From IMG/VR virus record IMGVR_UViG_3300037067_006044, positions 1 through 64,000 of that record: a stretch of DNA of 64,000 bases. One strand, given 5' to 3'. How positions within the stretch are numbered: the first letter of the stretch is position 1; each line of letters begins with the position of its first letter. A program made the translations under genes and the position numbers. The stretch comes from a virus (lineage: Duplodnaviria > Caudoviricetes). Under the pieces are notes generated by a model. The model was not told the DNA's origin. It made no database searches and saw only the letters and a program-made list of their open reading frames with translations. Below, one piece after another: positions 50,089 to 59,789 of the stretch.

Positions 50089-50769
50089 ATGAACAAATTA
50101 ATAAAAATAATAGATAAAATCATTATATCAGAAATAAAAAGTTCCGAAAAAATAAAAGTATTAAAGACAAAAAAGAGTTTTGAACAAATTAGAAATGAAT
50201 ATAAACTTTGGAGAAATGAAAAAAATACATATTTAAATATTTGGGATGATTATAGAAAAATATATCCGGAAATAGATGAAGATAATTTTTATATTGGCAC
50301 TGATGCTGATTTTGAATTAGTTTTAAAAGATGACAAAGGAAATTTATTAAATTCTTATGACGATTATAAAAAATATTTTGATAATATTGGTGCCAAGGAA
50401 ACATTATCTCCAACAAGCAGTAGTAGATATAAAGTTTATAAAGACGTTGTTTATCGATTTAGTGATCATTGGGGTAGAGTTGCTTCATGTTATTGGAATA
50501 TAGATTATGAATCAAAAGGATTTACTGTTGGTAAATGTCATTTAAAAGATTTTTCATTAAATGGAGGAGGATTTCTTTATAAAGCAATAGACATGAATAA
50601 AGTTAAATTAAAAAAAGAAGGAATATCAGAATTAAGAAAGCAATTAATTGATATTAAACAATTATATATTTTTAAAGATTTAGCATTAAAAGAATTGCAA
50701 AAATACGAAGAAAATATAAATAAAGAGGAAGCAAAATTAAATAAAGATATAAAACATAAAAAACTCTAA
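50089..50769 (+). CDS. Hypothetical protein, possibly virion-internal
   Basis: TATATTTATA at 50066-50075; N-terminus IIDKIIISEI; core YRFSDHWGRVASCYW. Confidence 0.7.
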   Translation: MNKLIKIIDKIIISEIKSSEKIKVLKTKKSFEQIRNEYKLWRNEKNTYLNIWDDYRKIYPEIDEDNFYIGTDADFELVLKDDKGNLLNSYDDYKKYFDNIGAKETLSPTSSSRYKVYKDVVYRFSDHWGRVASCYWNIDYESKGFTVGKCHLKDFSLNGGGFLYKAIDMNKVKLKKEGISELRKQLIDIKQLYIFKDLALKELQKYEENINKEEAKLNKDIKHKKL

Positions 50770-50794
50770 CTAAATTAAAAAATAATTAGAGTTT
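50761..50794. terminator. Terminator hairpin, AAACTCTA-TAGAGTTT family
   Basis: aaactctaa/ttagagttt between convergent genes. Confidence 0.6.
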
Positions 50795-50820
50795 CTTTCT
50801 TTGTAAAAATTAATTAAAAC

Positions 50821-51450
50821 TTATATTGTATTTGATTTTAATGACGATTCATTATATGATAATGCAATATTATCATAAATATAATTGTTAAAATCTAAAT
50901 AATTTTTAGCTTTATATAAATCATTTAAATGAACAATAAAACAATCAACATCATGATAATAAACATTTATATTTAATTGTTTTAAATCATTAATTAAATT
51001 TAAAAATTCAGTCTGAAAAATATTTGGATTATCTAATTTTATATATAATTTATTAATTAATAATGCACTTATTGTAGAATTTAATAGCAATTTTAATTTA
51101 AAACTATTATCAAAATCTTTATCTTTTTTAAATTCTTTTTGCAATTCTACTAATTCCATTAAAACAGTTTCAAAATCAAAACAATTAAAATTAATAATAT
51201 TATCATTTATAATTTTAAAAAATAATTGATTAATAGTTATTAAACAATATTCTGATTTGTCATAATTTTTGGGTAATAAATTTAGTACTTTAAATTTTTC
51301 AAATGGAATTGACCTAATATTATTATTAATTGTTAATCCTAAATTAATATAAAATTGATTAATATTTTCTACAGAAATTTCACTTTTCCAACTATTAAAT
51401 GAATTTGGAAATTTTTTTAATAATTCAAAAACTAATTCTTTTTTTAACAT
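50821..51450 (-). CDS. Degenerate family B DNA polymerase palm-like protein
   Basis: KLLLNS (motif B-like) and YYHDVDCFIV (YGDTDS-like). Confidence 0.45.
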   Translation of the reverse strand: MLKKELVFELLKKFPNSFNSWKSEISVENINQFYINLGLTINNNIRSIPFEKFKVLNLLPKNYDKSEYCLITINQLFFKIINDNIINFNCFDFETVLMELVELQKEFKKDKDFDNSFKLKLLLNSTISALLINKLYIKLDNPNIFQTEFLNLINDLKQLNINVYYHDVDCFIVHLNDLYKAKNYLDFNNYIYDNIALSYNESSLKSNTI

Positions 51451-51479
51451 ATCATTATTTATTTGATTATATAATTATT

Positions 51480-51872
51480 TTAAAATAAATTTTTAAGAAA
51501 TTCTATTCCATCTGAATTATAAAGTTTTAAATTGCATATTTCTTTATTATACTTTCTACATTTAATTATCCAATTCTTAGCAGTCGAAATATTTAATGAT
51601 TCAAAATAATAATTCTTGCTATCTATTTGTGCTTTCATTGTTTCAGGATCAAACATTATCCATCCTTTCTCAAAAGTATTTGCTATCTGAATAGTATTAG
51701 ATTTATTTATAATAATTTCTTTAATTTCTTCATTTGTAGGATTAAAAGAAAATAATTTATATCCTTTATTTAAAACATATGTTCCTAATATCAGATATTC
51801 TTTTTTCTTTTCTTCAACTTGCTCTATTTCATTTTTAAAAATAGAATCTGGTTTAATTATATCTAAATTCAT
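51480..51872 (-). CDS. Hypothetical protein
   Basis: Operon packing. Confidence 0.65.
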   Translation of the reverse strand: MNLDIIKPDSIFKNEIEQVEEKKKEYLILGTYVLNKGYKLFSFNPTNEEIKEIIINKSNTIQIANTFEKGWIMFDPETMKAQIDSKNYYFESLNISTAKNWIIKCRKYNKEICNLKLYNSDGIEFLKNLF

Positions 51873-51884
51873 TATACAGATATA

Positions 51885-52190
51885 TTATAATAAAAATAAA
51901 TCAAATTTAAATTCATTTAAAATGTCTTTTAACATATCATCTATTTTTTGTCCATCGCCACATGTTTTATATCCACCTGTATAATATGTTAAAGTTTCTT
52001 TATTAGATATTAATCGTTCTAATACAGTTATACAAGTTCTTTTGTCTATTTTTAATAATAACTTATTTTTTATATCATCTTTTGAATATTGTATAATGTC
52101 TAATTTTTTATTACATTCTAATAATCTTAAACACGATTCATTTAACAATGTTTCTCTATGTTCTAATTGCATTTCATATATACTTGCCAT
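51885..52190 (-). CDS. Hypothetical protein
   Basis: Operon packing. Confidence 0.6.
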   Translation of the reverse strand: MASIYEMQLEHRETLLNESCLRLLECNKKLDIIQYSKDDIKNKLLLKIDKRTCITVLERLISNKETLTYYTGGYKTCGDGQKIDDMLKDILNEFKFDLFLL

Positions 52191-52195
52191 AAATT

Positions 52196-52822
52196 TTATT
52201 TTAAATAATTATTTAACTTTCTTATTGCATTCTCTTTATTAAAAGCAAAAATAAAGATATAATGAGATTCTCCATAAACAAATTCATGTTCATTAATAAA
52301 TTCATTCTTATCTATATCATAAATAAACTTATTTCCTTTAGAACCCAATTTTACTATTGAATTATGAATTTCAATTTTCTTGTTTTGTTCTTCAATTTTC
52401 TTGTTTTGAATTTCTTCTAATTCTTTTTCAATCTCAATCATTTTATCGGTTTGATATTTACTACAATTAAACCATCTATCATAATGATTATATTTATGTG
52501 AAAAATAAACTCTTTCTATTCCATCTTTATCTATCAAAATAGAATTAAGAGTAGATTCCTTACTTGGTACTAATTTCCATCCTTCTGGAATTATTACTTC
52601 TATAAAATCTTTATCAATAAAATTTCCAAATATAAATCCTTCTTTCTCTAACTCATATAATGGAAGATTAGAAATAGGAAATAATGAACCAGAACAAAAT
52701 TCCAATTGTTTTTCTTTTTCAAACTGAATTGTTTTATTAGCGTTTTCTTGTGCTAATAAAGTAGAAATGAATCCTAATCCAAATTGTGATAATTTATTCA
52801 TGATTTTAAGTTTATTTAACAA
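52196..52822 (-). CDS. Hypothetical phage protein
   Basis: PEGWK...LIDKDGIER pattern. Confidence 0.7.
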   Translation of the reverse strand: MLNKLKIMNKLSQFGLGFISTLLAQENANKTIQFEKEKQLEFCSGSLFPISNLPLYELEKEGFIFGNFIDKDFIEVIIPEGWKLVPSKESTLNSILIDKDGIERVYFSHKYNHYDRWFNCSKYQTDKMIEIEKELEEIQNKKIEEQNKKIEIHNSIVKLGSKGNKFIYDIDKNEFINEHEFVYGESHYIFIFAFNKENAIRKLNNYLK

Positions 52823-53228
52823 ATATCTTTACAATTCTTGTATATTCTTTAATAGAAATTTCTTCATATTTTATTCTTATAATATCATTCCAATGTAACT
52901 TAAATGATTGAATAGTACCTTTTTCATCTATAAAAGTAATTAAATATTCCGAAGTACTATACCCATTATAAAAATTAACACCATAAGAATAATGGTAATA
53001 ATCATCATCACCAACAGTTGTGGTTCTTGATTTACTGAATAAAGCATAATATATTTTTTCTTTAATTAGAAGTTTAAATGCTTTATTCTGTAGAAATTTA
53101 AAATATCTATCAATGAATATTTCTTTTTCATTTCTTCTTGGTTCTTTAGAATCTGATGCTATTCCTCTTTCTTTTTTATCAAGAGTTTTGTCAATTCTCT
53201 GTAACCATTTAATATCGATTTCTTTCAT
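52812..53228 (-). CDS. Hypothetical protein
   Basis: After promoter 53251-53282. Confidence 0.65.
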   Translation of the reverse strand: MKEIDIKWLQRIDKTLDKKERGIASDSKEPRRNEKEIFIDRYFKFLQNKAFKLLIKEKIYYALFSKSRTTTVGDDDYYHYSYGVNFYNGYSTSEYLITFIDEKGTIQSFKLHWNDIIRIKYEEISIKEYTRIVKIFVK

Positions 53229-53250
53229 ATTTTATACTTTTTAATTTCTA

Positions 53251-53282
53251 CAAATATAATAACAATAAAATTAATAAACAAA
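53251..53282 (-). promoter_or_regulatory. Bacteroidota-type promoter, identical 35-bp copy
   Basis: TTTG-N20-TATATTTG. Confidence 0.8.
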
Positions 53283-53322
53283 TTATTTTTATTATATTTT
53301 TAAAAACTTAAAATAATAATTT

Positions 53323-55017
53323 ATGGTAATTTGCAAAATTTGTAATGAAGAATTTGAAAATTATGCTTTCTTATCTTCACACATTAGATTTAAACATAAA
53401 ATGACTTCTTATGATTATAGTTTGAAATACGATTATAATGGAGAAATTCATAAATGTAAGTGTGGGTGTGGTCAAGAAACTAAATGGTTTAATATCAATA
53501 TCGGTTTTTATGATTTTGTAAAAGGTCATGACAATACTTTTAGACATCAACAATTATTAATTAAAAAAGTTTGTATTATTTGTGGAACAGAATTTAAAAC
53601 AAAAAATAAAGATAAAGTTATTTGCACTAAAAGAGAATGTTATCAAAAAGATTTATATAATAGAACTCACGAAATAAGAACTTGTCCTTGTGGAGAAAAA
53701 TTCGAATGTTCTAAAACATCACCTCAAATATATCATTCTTTTGAATGTAGTAGAAAAGACCCAGCAATGTGGGAAAAAATGAGACAAACATTAATTGAAA
53801 CATATGGTGTTGACAATTATTCTAAAACAGAAGAGTTTAAAGAATGTGCAAGAGAAAATTCATATTTTAAAACAGAGGAATTTCAAGTAAAAGCTAAGAA
53901 AACAAAAGAAGAACGATATGATGATGAAAATTATAATAATAGACCAAAAGCAGTAAATAGTAATTTAAAATTTTATTTTAATAATTTATTTACTTCTGAT
54001 AGATTAAAGAACTTGGTTACTCCATTATTTACTATTGATGATTATAAAGGAGTAGATAAAATATATCAATTTAAATGTAATAGATGCGATAATATATTTG
54101 AATCCAATTTATTTCATATTCCAAGATGTTTAGAATGTTTTCCATTTAAAAAAAATACATCTGAAGGAGAGATTGAATTATTTAATTATATTAAATCATT
54201 AATTCCAAATGAAAATATTATACAAAACGATATAAAAACATTACCAAATAATTTAGAAATTGATATATATATTCCTAATTTAAATATTGCATTTGAATAT
54301 AATGGAATATATTGGCATAGTGCAAAATTTAAAAATTATAATTATCATAAATGGAAATATGAAAAATGCAAAGAACAAAATATTCAATTAATTCAAATAT
54401 TTGAAAATGAATGGATTTTTAAAAAAGAAATTGTAAAGTCAATTATTAAAAACAAATTAAAATTAATAAAGAATAAAATATATGCGAGAAAATGTGAAAT
54501 TAAAGAAATAAATAGTCAAGAATCAAATAGTTTTTTATTTGATAATCATATTCAAGGAATAGTAAACACACAATATAAATTCGGATTATTTTATAATGAC
54601 AAATTAATTTCATTGATGACAATTGGAAAATCAAGATTTGATAAAAAATATGAATATGAAATAATACGATTCTGTAATAAAATAAATTATTCTATTATTG
54701 GTGGATTTAATAAACTTTTATCTTATTTCATTAAAACATATAATCCAAATTCTATAATCAGTTATGTTGATAAAAGATATTTTACTGGGAATATGTATAA
54801 TCAAACAGATTTTAAATTAATAGAATCATATAATAAACCAAATTATTTTTATTTTAAAGGATATGAAATGTATAATAGAATTGAATTCCAAAAACATAAA
54901 TTAAAAGATAAATTAGAAATATACGATGAAAATCTAACAGAATGGCAAAATATGGAATTAAATGGATATAATAAAATTTATGATTGTGGAAATTTTAAAT
55001 ATGTCTGGGAAAAATAA
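53323..55017 (+). CDS. Free-standing homing endonuclease, Hef-like (Zn fingers plus Vsr/PD-(D/E)xK-like domain)
   Basis: C2H2 start, CKCGCG, YGVDNY, EIDIYIP..IAFEYNGIYWHS, IYARKC, NHIQG, YVDKRY, IYDCG. Confidence 0.8.
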   Translation: MVICKICNEEFENYAFLSSHIRFKHKMTSYDYSLKYDYNGEIHKCKCGCGQETKWFNINIGFYDFVKGHDNTFRHQQLLIKKVCIICGTEFKTKNKDKVICTKRECYQKDLYNRTHEIRTCPCGEKFECSKTSPQIYHSFECSRKDPAMWEKMRQTLIETYGVDNYSKTEEFKECARENSYFKTEEFQVKAKKTKEERYDDENYNNRPKAVNSNLKFYFNNLFTSDRLKNLVTPLFTIDDYKGVDKIYQFKCNRCDNIFESNLFHIPRCLECFPFKKNTSEGEIELFNYIKSLIPNENIIQNDIKTLPNNLEIDIYIPNLNIAFEYNGIYWHSAKFKNYNYHKWKYEKCKEQNIQLIQIFENEWIFKKEIVKSIIKNKLKLIKNKIYARKCEIKEINSQESNSFLFDNHIQGIVNTQYKFGLFYNDKLISLMTIGKSRFDKKYEYEIIRFCNKINYSIIGGFNKLLSYFIKTYNPNSIISYVDKRYFTGNMYNQTDFKLIESYNKPNYFYFKGYEMYNRIEFQKHKLKDKLEIYDENLTEWQNMELNGYNKIYDCGNFKYVWEK

Positions 55018-55030
55018 TTATATAAATAAA

Positions 55031-55060
55031 AAATTCCAATATTTAATTATATTGGAATTT
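55031..55060. terminator. Bidirectional terminator
   Basis: 12-bp stem aaattccaatat/atattggaattt between convergent genes. Confidence 0.7.
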
Positions 55061-55070
55061 AAAGTTTATT

Positions 55071-55991
55071 TTACAAATTTTTGAGTTCTTCTATTTTATC
55101 CAATAAAGTTTTTATAACTTTTTCTGGATCTTTTTTTATATCATATTCCCAAAATCTGAGTAAATGATAATTATAATCTTTTGCTATTTGATTTTTAACT
55201 ATATCGTGTTCCATTGTGTGTTTTTGAATATCGTATAATTTTTTATTGTTATCATTAGTTAAAGGATTATAATGATAAAAATCTCCGTCTACTTCTATTA
55301 ATAATTTTGTGTCTTTAATTAAGAAATCATATAAATAATTTCCGACATTGACTTGAAATTCAAAATCTAAATTGTTATTTTGTAACATTTCTATAAATGT
55401 TAATTCTAATCCACTTATTTTATTATTAAATCTTGTTTTATGATAATTTACCAATGCTTCTCGTTGTTTATCTCGGCTTTCTTGTTTACCCCAATATTCT
55501 TGTATTCCTTTAGTTATTTTAGATTGATGTTCTTCAGTTCTAATTCTGCCAGTCAATTTATCAGATATTTTTTTACATCGTTCTGGATTTGTTAATACAT
55601 CATTCATTTTATTATATCCATTTTCATCTTCAAAATGTTTAATATATTCTTCTCCTTTCATTCCTTTATTCCAAGGTTCTATCTTACCTTCTTTCCATAA
55701 TTGTTTTCTTGTTTTAGCAGATTTATCTTTAGATTCTTGAGTTAAAAATGGACATTTAATTGTTGCTACATGTCCTTGTTTCCATTCTGCAAATCCATGA
55801 TTATTATATGTAGTTCTTTCGCCACATCCACATTTACAAGTTGGATAAACTCCATTTAAATAAAAATCAACATAAAAATCTTCTTTTGACATTTCATGAA
55901 GTTTTCTCATGTGTCGTTTCAATGATTCAACAGTTTTAAAACTTTTGTTGCAGATTTTACAAATAAAAATGTTTTCTTCTTTACTTTCCAT
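55071..55991 (-). CDS. Vsr/DUF559-like endonuclease with C2H2 finger and NUMOD3-like repeats (homing endonuclease-like)
   Basis: CKICNKSF..LKRHMRKLH, CKCGCG, PWNKG, YDF, IEVDGDFYH, LLRFWE. Confidence 0.8.
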   Translation of the reverse strand: MESKEENIFICKICNKSFKTVESLKRHMRKLHEMSKEDFYVDFYLNGVYPTCKCGCGERTTYNNHGFAEWKQGHVATIKCPFLTQESKDKSAKTRKQLWKEGKIEPWNKGMKGEEYIKHFEDENGYNKMNDVLTNPERCKKISDKLTGRIRTEEHQSKITKGIQEYWGKQESRDKQREALVNYHKTRFNNKISGLELTFIEMLQNNNLDFEFQVNVGNYLYDFLIKDTKLLIEVDGDFYHYNPLTNDNNKKLYDIQKHTMEHDIVKNQIAKDYNYHLLRFWEYDIKKDPEKVIKTLLDKIEELKNL

Positions 55992-56109
55992 AATATATAA
56001 ATTAAATTGTTATTTATATATAAATATAAAATAAAAAAGAAAACATTTAAATATAATAATGAAATACTATATTCTAATTATAAAATTACAATATAATATA
56101 TAAACACAA

Positions 56110-56604
56110 TCAAAAATTAAGTATCGGAAAATTGTACTTGAGAACAACTGACACTATTAATAGATCTCCTTCTGAAGCATACTCCATATCTCCAAAATCA
56201 ATACTTTTAGGCCACGCTCCTTTTAAAGTCCAGGATTCACAAATTCCTCCAACAGGGTCTAAAACATTAATTGTTACATCTTTTGCGAAAAAATCAAAAT
56301 AGCCATCTCTCCCTGTGATACTTTCATGAGATAATCTTAGCCACTCCATCATAATTTGTGCTCCACTTGGAACAATAGGATCCCAAAGTTCAATTGCACA
56401 TTCACTACTCCATTTTGATTTTCCTTTAGCATATCTTGAAACGTTGATGTGAGGAATCTCTATTTCGGTTGTTTCAATACTTGGTCTTGTTGTTTTTCTA
56501 ATCAAGTAAGTTGGGACACCATCTATCTCCATGATAAAACGGTTTCGTAATTTTGGTTCCCATTGAGTATAAAATAATTCATTAGGATCTACAAATTCTG
56601 CCAT
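56110..56604 (-). CDS. Tail tube protein, T4 gp19-like
   Basis: EPKLRNRF, RPS, LWDPIVPSGAQ, EWLRL, ESITGRDGY, LDPVG, WTLKGAWP. Confidence 0.85.
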   Translation of the reverse strand: MAEFVDPNELFYTQWEPKLRNRFIMEIDGVPTYLIRKTTRPSIETTEIEIPHINVSRYAKGKSKWSSECAIELWDPIVPSGAQIMMEWLRLSHESITGRDGYFDFFAKDVTINVLDPVGGICESWTLKGAWPKSIDFGDMEYASEGDLLIVSVVLKYNFPILNF

Positions 56605-56648
56605 AATATATTTAGTTTTAAGTTAATATTTTTCATGTTGTTTTTATT

Positions 56649-56658
56649 TATAAATATA
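56649..56658 (-). promoter_or_regulatory. TATATTTATA putative late promoter
   Basis: 44 bp upstream of a structural gene. Confidence 0.55.
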
Positions 56659-56734
56659 AATTTAATAAATTTTTATTATGTGATTTATTTTTTATATTTT
56701 TGTTTATTATAAATATAAGATTTAAAAATAATTT

Positions 56735-58543
56735 ATGAAATGTAAATTTTGTCAAGAAGAAATTAAAGAAGGAAAAGAATATTGTAATAGAACATGTTTT
56801 AATAATCACAGAAAAGAATTATATTATAAAATTGTAAAATGTTTAAATTGTACTAATACAATACAAATAAAAAAAACAAATAATCATACTAAATTCTGTT
56901 GTAATAATTGTAAAAAAGAATTTGCAAATAAACAATATAAACACAAAAAAATATGCAAAAACTGCAGCAGAGAATTTGAATTATATAAATCAGAAACATT
57001 GATATTTTGTTGTCATGCTTGTAGATGCGAATATGATAGAAAACAATTTAGAGAAGACAGAATTTGTAAAAAATGTGGAAACACATTTAACACATTTAAA
57101 AGTAGTGATCAAGAATTTTGTACTCATGAATGTTATATTGAATATATAAAAGAAATAACAAAAATAAAATATGATACAGAATTTTCAAATTGTTTATTAT
57201 GTGGAGAAAAAATAAGATTAAATGAAAAATTTTGTTGTAAGGCACATAAAGAAAAATATTATTCACAAAAAAGCAGAGAAATAAGAATATGTGAATGTGG
57301 TAGAGAATTTGAAGTGTATAAAAAAGATTCAAAATTTTTATGTTCTGATGAATGTCAAAAAAAATATATTCTAAAACCAGAAGTTTTGGATAAGATAAAA
57401 GAAAAACGTGCAATCACTTCTAATTTCAATAATTATAATGCAAGAATAGACAAAATAAAATCTTTAAATTTATTTGATTTTGATTGTTCGGAAGAAGAGT
57501 ATAAATCCAATAAAAATATTAAATTAAAATGTAAAAAATGTGGATATGAATTTGAAGAAAAAATTAATTTAAATCATTTGCCAAGTTGTATAAAATGTAA
57601 TCCTATTCCATATATATTATCTAAACCAGAAGAAGAATTAAGTGATTATATACATTCTATAATAAATAAAAATATAATAGAAAATAAAAGAACAATTATA
57701 AGACCTTTAGAATTAGATTTTTATCTACCAGATTATAATTTAGCTATTGAATTTGATGGTTGTTATTGGCATAGTGAAATTCATGGACATAAAGATAAAA
57801 AATATCATATTAATAAAACTAAAATGTGTGAATCCCAAGGAATTCAATTAATTCATATATTTGATGATGAATGGACAAATAAAAAAGAAATAATTAAAAA
57901 CACAATAAAACATAAATTAAATTTAAATAATACAGATAAAATATATGCAAGAAAATGTATAATTAAAGAAATAAATTCAAAAACAAAAAATACATTTTTA
58001 AATAATAATCACATTCAAGGAGAAGATAAAAGTAAAATTAAACTCGGATTATTTTATAATGATGAATTAGTTGCAGTCATGACTTTTGGAAAATTGCGAT
58101 TAGCATTAGGAAATAAAACATCTAATATTAATGAATATGAGTTAATAAGATTTGCAACATCTAAAACAATTATTGGTGGATTTAGTAAATTATTGTCTTA
58201 TTTTATTAAAACATATAATCCAATTAAAATAACAACTTATGCTGATAAAAGATGGAGTAATGGAAATGTTTATATTAAAAACGGATTTAATCTTATACAT
58301 GAAACTCAACCAAATTATTGGTATATGAAAAATTATAGTATTAGAGAACATAGATTCAAATATAGAAAATCAGAATTACCTAAATTATTAACAAATTATA
58401 ATTCGGAATTAACTGAATGGGATAATATGCAATTAAATGGATATGATAGAATTTGGGATTGTGGTTCATTAAAATTTGAAATGAATATCTCTCAACTTAA
58501 TACTTCTGATAAAAATAATATTAACAAGCTATTCGAATTTTAA
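56735..58543 (+). CDS. Free-standing homing endonuclease, Hef-like, with tandem Cys4 Zn repeats
   Basis: Repeated CxxC...FCxxxC units; ELDFYLP..LAIEFDGCYWHS, IYARKC, YADKRW, IWDCG; paralog of 53323..55017; ends NKLFEF. Confidence 0.8.
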   Translation: MKCKFCQEEIKEGKEYCNRTCFNNHRKELYYKIVKCLNCTNTIQIKKTNNHTKFCCNNCKKEFANKQYKHKKICKNCSREFELYKSETLIFCCHACRCEYDRKQFREDRICKKCGNTFNTFKSSDQEFCTHECYIEYIKEITKIKYDTEFSNCLLCGEKIRLNEKFCCKAHKEKYYSQKSREIRICECGREFEVYKKDSKFLCSDECQKKYILKPEVLDKIKEKRAITSNFNNYNARIDKIKSLNLFDFDCSEEEYKSNKNIKLKCKKCGYEFEEKINLNHLPSCIKCNPIPYILSKPEEELSDYIHSIINKNIIENKRTIIRPLELDFYLPDYNLAIEFDGCYWHSEIHGHKDKKYHINKTKMCESQGIQLIHIFDDEWTNKKEIIKNTIKHKLNLNNTDKIYARKCIIKEINSKTKNTFLNNNHIQGEDKSKIKLGLFYNDELVAVMTFGKLRLALGNKTSNINEYELIRFATSKTIIGGFSKLLSYFIKTYNPIKITTYADKRWSNGNVYIKNGFNLIHETQPNYWYMKNYSIREHRFKYRKSELPKLLTNYNSELTEWDNMQLNGYDRIWDCGSLKFEMNISQLNTSDKNNINKLFEF

Positions 58544-58562
58544 TATATGTATAAAAAAAGAT

Positions 58563-58910
58563 ATGATTTGTCAATTTTGTGGTAAAGATACAAGAAAGAA
58601 TAGCAAAGATTACTATATGCTTACTCCGGAATTATGGGGTATTATAACTCGTGATTTAAATGGATTTATGTGCATGGATTGTGTGGAAGATAAATTAGGA
58701 AGAAACCTTCAAAGAGAAGATATTACAGCATGTCCACAAAATGTTTTTAATAATCTTTATACTTCTTTACTTTTTAAAGAATATGAAATACATGAAGCTA
58801 TATTAGAATGTGAAAGACGAGATTTAGAATGGAAAATTAAATTAAAACAAATCAAAGAAGAAAAAGAATTAAGAAAATTAGCAAGAATAAATAAAAAAAT
58901 AAGCAAATAA
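58563..58910 (+). CDS. Small Zn-finger-like hypothetical protein
   Basis: CQFC...YYML..ELW...CMDC..KLGR. Confidence 0.7.
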   Translation: MICQFCGKDTRKNSKDYYMLTPELWGIITRDLNGFMCMDCVEDKLGRNLQREDITACPQNVFNNLYTSLLFKEYEIHEAILECERRDLEWKIKLKQIKEEKELRKLARINKKISK

Positions 58911-58917
58911 ATTAAAT

Positions 58918-59784
58918 ATGTCTCAATCATTATTCGTTCACACCAATAAAATATCTTTAGATAAATATTATACTCCAATTGAGAAGTCTCAAGAATTAAT
59001 TGAATTTACTCTTAATTTTATTGGAAGGAATAAGATAGATACAATAATAGAACCAAGTGCCGGAAATGGTTCATTCTCAAATTATCTTTTCAACACTTAT
59101 TCGAACATTTATAAAATTCATGCATTCGATATAAAACCAGAAGAAGGAAGAATAAAGGAACAAGATTTCTTAAAGATTACTAATTTTAGGTATAATGATA
59201 AATGTCTTATTATTGGAAATCCTCCATTTGGAGAAAACAAGAATCTATTAACACAATTTTTTAATAAGAGTATTTTATTATCTGAATATATTGCTTTCAT
59301 TCTCCCAATTTCATATCTTAATAATAGTAAATCATTTTTTTATTATGATTTGATAAGTAGTAAGGATTTAGGATTAATGAATTATTCTGATAGAGAATTG
59401 ACTTGTTGTTTTAATATTTATAAAAGACCTATTTCCGGAAGTTTAAATAAATTAAAAAGTAATAAAATAGATTTTATAGAAATTAAGCAAGAGAAATATA
59501 ATCATCTTTCTTCTTATGATTTTCGAGTTCAAAGATTAGGAGAAAATATTGGAAAAGTAGTAAAAGAAAAAGAAATAAAAAGTTATTATGCAATTAAGAT
59601 ACATTCAGATGATAATGAATTAAAAGAAAGAATTAGATTGATTTTTGATAGTTATGATTGGATGAGTGTAAAACAATTTATTTCGATTCCATATCTTACT
59701 ATTACTGATATTTATGATGTTTTAAATGAAGAATTAAAATTAGATACAAAAGATAATAAAACAGATAAATTATTTGAATTTTAG
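58918..59784 (+). CDS. N6-adenine DNA methyltransferase, gamma class
   Basis: YYTP, IEPSAGNGSF, QDFL, GNPPFG, FILP; ends DKLFEF. Confidence 0.9.
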   Translation: MSQSLFVHTNKISLDKYYTPIEKSQELIEFTLNFIGRNKIDTIIEPSAGNGSFSNYLFNTYSNIYKIHAFDIKPEEGRIKEQDFLKITNFRYNDKCLIIGNPPFGENKNLLTQFFNKSILLSEYIAFILPISYLNNSKSFFYYDLISSKDLGLMNYSDRELTCCFNIYKRPISGSLNKLKSNKIDFIEIKQEKYNHLSSYDFRVQRLGENIGKVVKEKEIKSYYAIKIHSDDNELKERIRLIFDSYDWMSVKQFISIPYLTITDIYDVLNEELKLDTKDNKTDKLFEF

Positions 59785-59789
59785 ATATT

